From: a candidate division FCPU426 bacterium
Lineage (GTDB): Bacteria > Oederibacteriota > Muellerivitia > Muellerivitales > Muellerivitaceae
NCBI GenBank assembly: GCA_963847625.1
Contig: CAWKAR010000027.1
Location: 128,001 to 192,000 of the forward strand
Direction of reading: 5' to 3'
DNA: 64,000 nucleotides
The position numbers and the translations under genes are program-made. Below the pieces are notes generated by a model. That model did not search any database and had not been told where the DNA came from. It was given only the letters and a program-made list of their open reading frames with translations. Each line of letters opens with the position of its first letter. Positions within the stretch are counted from its first letter, which is position 1. Positions 58,689 through 64,000 of this stretch are shown here, one piece after another.

Positions 58689-59066
58689 AGGTTTTTCCTG
58701 AAATAGGTGTTTTTCGGTCAATTTTATTAGGAGATGCATCATGGCTAATGATAGAAAGCCTCAACAATTCAAAATCTAAAATTTAGAATTTAAATTTCCA
58801 CATGTTTTAAGCGATAGTCAGTTTTTCATCGTTTTAAATAATTTGCCTAATTCCTGGCATTTTTTCTCTACGAATTATAAATTCCTTATTTTTATTGGCT
58901 TTTTAATTGTTTGGTTTTAACTCCTAACTTCTCACTCCTAACTTCTAACTGTTTTCTTGAATGCCCCTCACTCCGATCTTTTGAATTGGTGGCATAATAA
59001 GATTCGGTTTTTAGCGAGAGGATTTGAGGTGGTCAGCACTTTTTGCGTTTATAAGGAATCACATTT

Positions 59067-60494
59067 ATGATCTTTAAAAGGGAACAAATAAACAAATGCC
59101 ATACCCCAACAGGAATGATTGATATACTTTCCGGTTTTAAGTATTTTTTTATATTTATAATAATGATATTTTTTATCGCCCCTGGTTTTCTGCGCGGGGA
59201 AGAATATTCGAGATGGCCATTATCTCCTGAATCAGGACTTATTAAAAATAATAGTATTTTCCCTTCAATAGTTATGAAAGGGGAAATTTTCACATCTGCA
59301 CCTATAACAATTGGAAATAGAAAGGGTAAAGAAAAAAAGTTTCCTCAAATTATTTTTGATAATTGTGAAATTGATTCAATCACTTTTATTAATTGTTCTT
59401 TCGACACACTTTCTTTTTATGCATGCAAAATAAATAATATAATTCTAGAAAAATGCGATTCTATATGGGGTTTTCATTTTAATAATTGTGAACTTATAGA
59501 CCAAATTAAGATGGATTCATGCTCCACGACCCCAACAGATTCTTGTTCTTTTACAGGAATAAATGTTTATTCGCCATCGAATTGGAAAAGAGGATATTTA
59601 GGAGAAGAGAAAATATTGCTGACTAGAAATTTTCTTGATGATATTGATTTTTCTAATTGTTCGGTTGGCCACATATTTATTGAGGATAAAAAACAAAATT
59701 ACTACTCGGGGGAGCCAACAGAAATATATTTTTCTGGTAATTTTAAAACAATTGAAATGTCACACCTTGATCCCTTGGATTATGTTGAATTTGGCATTGC
59801 AACCTGTAACCAAATTTCCTTCGATACAATGTCCCACATTAATCAAAAAGATGAATACCCTTATCTTACGAGTAATTTAAAACTTACGGGGTTAACTGTA
59901 GATACTTTAAAAATGCGAGGAGATTTTTTCACGGAATCTAGCAAACCTGATTTAGAGGGGTTCGAATATAGAAATCTTCAATTTTTCAACAAAAAATCGA
60001 ATGATTATGAAATGAACATAACAAGAACAAGAATTGAAACTGCATCTGATATGTTCGGACCAGATTGGGATGGAGTTAGAAATCTTTTTTGGAAATCTAA
60101 TTATTCCAGTTCTGCTTATAAAACACTTTATGAAAAATTATTAAACCTTGGTAAAAATAAGTTGGCGGATCAAATTTATATAGATTGGCAATTCCGTGCG
60201 GTTAAAGATTCCCAGTGGTATAGCATTAATAAAATAAAAACTGAATTATTGTTTTTAATTGCTGGTTTTGGACGCTTAAGTTTATCGTGTATTCCATTTT
60301 TGTGGATTTTAGGTTTGTTTTTTCTTGGATATATATTGTTCCGACCTGAGAGGATGTTCCGAAAAGGACTAAATAAAGGGCTCGGAAAATGTTTATTATT
60401 TTCACCTTTTTGGCATTGTATGGATCTTATTGTTCCAGGGATGGATTTACATTCAGAAAGTGAATGGCAACCCAAAAAAAGATACCTGGAGTGA
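59067..60494 (+). pseudogene. Low-GC beta-helix/membrane protein truncated by IS3
   Basis: AT-rich; stop codon TGA is supplied by the IS3 end (60492-60494); ends after PFWHCMDLIVPGMDL..W.P, where related proteins continue with a TM helix. Confidence 0.65.
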
Positions 60495-61687
60495 CCTTTC
60501 CCCCGAAAACTGATCCAAAAATATGTTAATTTTGGATTATAGATCGGGAGGGGAAAGATGGCAAAGAAACGGTTTTTATCTGAGCAGATAGTGGCTATTC
60601 TCCGCGAGGCGGAGAAAGCTCCCGCCGTTGAGGAAGTTCTCCGAAAGCATGGCATTTCCGAGCAGACTTACTACCGCTGGAAACGCATGTACGGAAGCCT
60701 TGGAGTTTCCGAAGTCCACCGCATCAAACAGCTGGAAGAAGAAAACCGGAAACTCAAGCAGTTAGCGGGTGATCAGGCCCTGGCTATTCAGGTTCTCCAA
60801 GAGCACATAAAAAAAAAGGGGTATTGATCGAGGAGCAAAAAGGCATGGTGGAAGCCCTGAAGGCTCAGGAAGTACCGGAAAGACGAGCCTGTGATGTTCT
60901 TGGGGTAAATCGATCGAGTTTTCGATATGAGGCCCAGCCAGAAGATCCGTTGAACCAGGTGATCCTGCAGGAAATGGTTAAGTTAGCGCAAAGAAACCGA
61001 CGTTTCGGAAGCCCTCGGATGTTGTGGATGTTGGAACGCAGAGGCCTTGATGTGAATCACAAGCGGGTGGAGAGGCTCTACCAGGTAGCAGGGCTTCAAT
61101 TACCGCGCAGGAGACCCAGGAAGAAGAGGGTTCCGACGGAATGGAGAAGGCCCCACCCGGCTTTGGGTTCCAACGAGGTGTGGACGATGGACTTCGTGCA
61201 TGACCTGACATGGTTCGGGGGAAAGGTGAAGTTTTTGACGGTGTTGGATGAAGGATTTAGGGAATGCTTGGAGATCCGGGCGGAGAAGCGAATGAGAAGC
61301 CGGGACGTGCTGGAGACGCTGGACGAGTTGATGACGGAGTACGGGACACCAAAGTGCCTGCGGGTGGACAACGGGCCAGAGTTCGTGGCGAAAGAACTGA
61401 GGAACTGGCTTGAGGAGAAGGGCGTAGAGGTGCTATATATCGAACCAGGGAGTCCATGGCAGAATGGATTCATCGAAAGTTTCAACGGAAAGTTTAGGGA
61501 TGAGTGCCTGAACCAAGAAATTTTTCTTTCAAAAGCGGAGGCCCAGGTAGTCGTGGATTGGTGGAGGCAGGTGTATAACTGGCAGAGACCGCACAGCAGT
61601 TTGGGGGGAAAAACCCCAATGGAAGCAAAGGCCGAAAAGTTGGGCCTTAACTAACTTAAATTTGGATCAAACATTGGGGGAAGGTCA
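60492..61687 (+). mobile_element. IS3-family insertion sequence, copy 2
   Basis: orfA 60558-60827, orfB 60824-61654 in -1 frame with A_AAA_AAG slippery site; TG..CA TIRs; flanks GGAG/GCAA give no TSD. Confidence 0.95.
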
Positions 61688-61708
61688 GCAATGCCAATTA
61701 GATAAAGA

Positions 61709-62760
61709 CCCCAGTTCAATAACGAAGTGCAACACTTAGACCCGGCAGAACCCGGGGGTTATCCTAAGTGCTATGAAATCATCCTACAAGCATCTGTCGT
61801 TAGCCGAACGTGAAGAAATTTCAGTTTGGAATGCTGAAGGCCTCTCCCTTCGGGAAATCGCACGCCGTCTGGGCCGTGATGTATCCAGCATTTCCCGAGA
61901 ACTGAAGCGCAACGCCCCTCCTATACGATCTCGCCGCTACCTGCCCGCCAGAGCTCACATGCGTGCAGAACACCGAAACCGTCTTTCACGTACTCATTTA
62001 AGGCTTAAAAATCCTGAGATTCGCCGTTTAGTACTGCGAGAAATACCTCGTGGACTCTCGCCCGAGCAAATTGCCGGTTTTCTTCGCCGGGAGAAACCAA
62101 AACTTTCCGTTTCCCATGAAGCCATCTATCAATTCATCTACTGCGAAGCTCGAAACCTCATTCCTCATCTAGCCCGGGCCCATCGAAAACGTTTGCGACG
62201 TTGGCACACTCAAAAACATCGCAAAAGCCATATTCCTCAACGTACTCCCATTACCCAACGACCAGCTATCGTTGAAACAAGACAGCAATTCGGGCACTGG
62301 GAGGCCGACACCATCATCTCCCGGAAAAGCAAACCCTCACTTCTGGTTATGGTCGAGCGCAAAAGTCGTCTGGTGAAACTGGCTTGGCTACCTCAAAAAT
62401 CAGCTTTCCACACTAGAGCCGCAATCAACCGTCGGTTGGTTCGGATTTCAAAAGGCCTCCGCCGTACCATCACATACGACAATGGCTCCGAAAACGTCGA
62501 ACATCTCCAGGTGAATCGTGTTTCAGGCACTCGTTCATTCTTTTGTTTGCCCTTCCACAGTTGGGAGAAAGGTTGTGTTGAAAATACTGCAGGTCTTGTT
62601 CGTCGCTTCTATCCCAAGAAAACGGATTTTGCTACTATAACCCCAGCGAATGTACGACGCGTGGAACGGATCCTAAACCATCGTCCTCGCAAGTGCCTTC
62701 GTTTCAAAACGCCGGAGCAGGTCTTTAGTCAAGGTGTTGCACTTACTGGTTGAATTCAGC
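61709..62760 (+). mobile_element. IS30-family insertion sequence, copy 2 (intact)
   Basis: 326-aa transposase 61773-62753; TIRs; 3-bp TSD AGA. Confidence 0.95.
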
Positions 62761-62858
62761 AGATCATTTTGCTACTTTAGCTGAAACTCTCACTAGTGGT
62801 TTTGGTTCACATGACTATAAAATTGACGCGTTTGAAGCTAAAAATAAATTAGGTTTAA

Positions 62859-64000
62859 CCGGAATTTCCCAGATGACCTTCTCTGAAAACATTGCCGGGT
62901 AATTTGTTTCTCATTATATTCCCCCCCCCCGCTTCTTCCACCCGTATCCGGAATTTTCTGGCCCAAGGCCAGCGAAATGAGCCCAAAAAAGGGTTTCTGT
63001 GCCCCAAAAAAGTTGAAAATGACCTTCCAGAAAGCCAATTCTCGTTGTGAACGCACACCTATCCCACGATGGTTGATCCGGTTGAAGCCATGAAGTGTTC
63101 CTGCGGTTATCGCAGTACTGGCGCTCGCGGCCTTACCATCGCCAGTAGCCTTATCCGTCCAAGGATTTCAGCAAACAGGCGTTGGGTAACCATCACCTCC
63201 GCCATCTGGAAAACCACGTACCGCGAATGGCGGATAACGTTAGCTCCGATTTTGATAAGTTTTTCTCGCAACGTCGTCAGCGACCAATGCTTCACCAGTT
63301 CTGGCAGGGCTAGACGGCGAAGGAAGTTGCCCAAGTTGTAAGCCAGTGCAAATAGTTGCAACCTTACTTGGTTGTCCGCGAAGTCGTGGCAGCTTAGTCT
63401 TGTCCACTTCATCGCGTACTTTCCCTCCTTGATCCATTGCTCAGCCGTACCTCTTCCGTTGTAGAACTTCACCACCTGGGGTGCCGGTCGTCGCATGTTC
63501 GTCACGATGAAACCCACCCTCGGGAAAAGTTCGCCGTTGTGATGCTCAATCTTCGCCACCACGCGGCGGGGTTTGTCCCAGCTGACGGCTTGGTATTGGA
63601 AGCTGTGATACCGGACAACCGGCTTGTGGGAAGGGCGGCCCACGGGACGGGTCAAAAATGGCTCAATTTCTCTTTGTAGCACGCCATTGGCGGGTTGGCG
63701 GATCGCATAAAGGTATCCTTCGTCTTCTAGGTACTCGTATAGTTCCTGACGGGCGAAGGCCGCGTCACCCCGGAAAAAACGGCTGATGGAAAGACCCCGA
63801 TAACGGACAACCACTGGTTCAAGAACCGACCGCCACTCGTGGGCGCTGGCCACATTGCCGTTGCGCAACATTGCCCGTTCCAAATCGCCAAACTGGTTGA
63901 AACAAAACAGGGGATGGTAACAGGTACAGCCGAAGTAACCGTTGTACAAGGAACCTTCTTGGTCCCCGTAGGTTTCACTCACGGAGCTGTCCATGTCGAG
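62859..64000 (-). mobile_element. IS1380-family element (partial, runs off window)
   Basis: MDSS...G.QE..YNG..CYHPL, RGDAAF, FYNGRGTAEQWIKEGK, LSCH.F..N; probable IR end CCGGAATTTCCCAGAT at 62859. Confidence 0.9.

Noticed and set aside
14651..61687. Composite transposon formed by the two IS3 copies
   Set aside because: Copy 1 has its own TSD, the outer flanks do not match, and the enclosed 45 kb is core chromosome
345..63978. Numerous overlapping antisense or alternate-frame ORFs in the track
   Set aside because: Shadows of GC-rich genes with recognisable products on the other strand or frame

Overview
Chromosomal window from a diderm bacterium (TonB-dependent receptor, SurA-type chaperones, lipoproteins, sigma54 sites). 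The Thr/Pro-rich NHL lipoproteins suggest an uncultured lineage such as FCPU426, but this is a guess. The core holds htpX, two amtB-glnK pairs, a LacI regulator, dsbD, an HCF101-like mrp, GMPP/PMM genes, an adenylate cyclase, a two-component pair, mfd, pilB, a SurA cluster, an NRAMP-like transporter and a HAD phosphatase. Both ends carry surface-protein clusters separated by several families of unexplained intergenic repeats. The standout is a 4.1-kb IS1-family cargo transposon (11837-15930; perfect 19-bp TIRs, 8-bp TSD). It carries a small basic protein, twin operator-bearing promoters, a candidate structured ncRNA, a Panacea antitoxin with a putative toxin split at an A_AAA_AAG site, and a nested IS3. 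Other items of note: a serpin with a CxxC across its predicted scissile bond, an unannotated sigma54-driven 52-aa zinc-finger protein, a ~185-nt structured RNA candidate, a SurA-beta-barrel fusion, and an IS3/IS30/IS1380 pile-up over a deletion. Four single-base homopolymer frameshifts may be assembly errors. All family assignments come from motif recognition by eye; no database searches were run.
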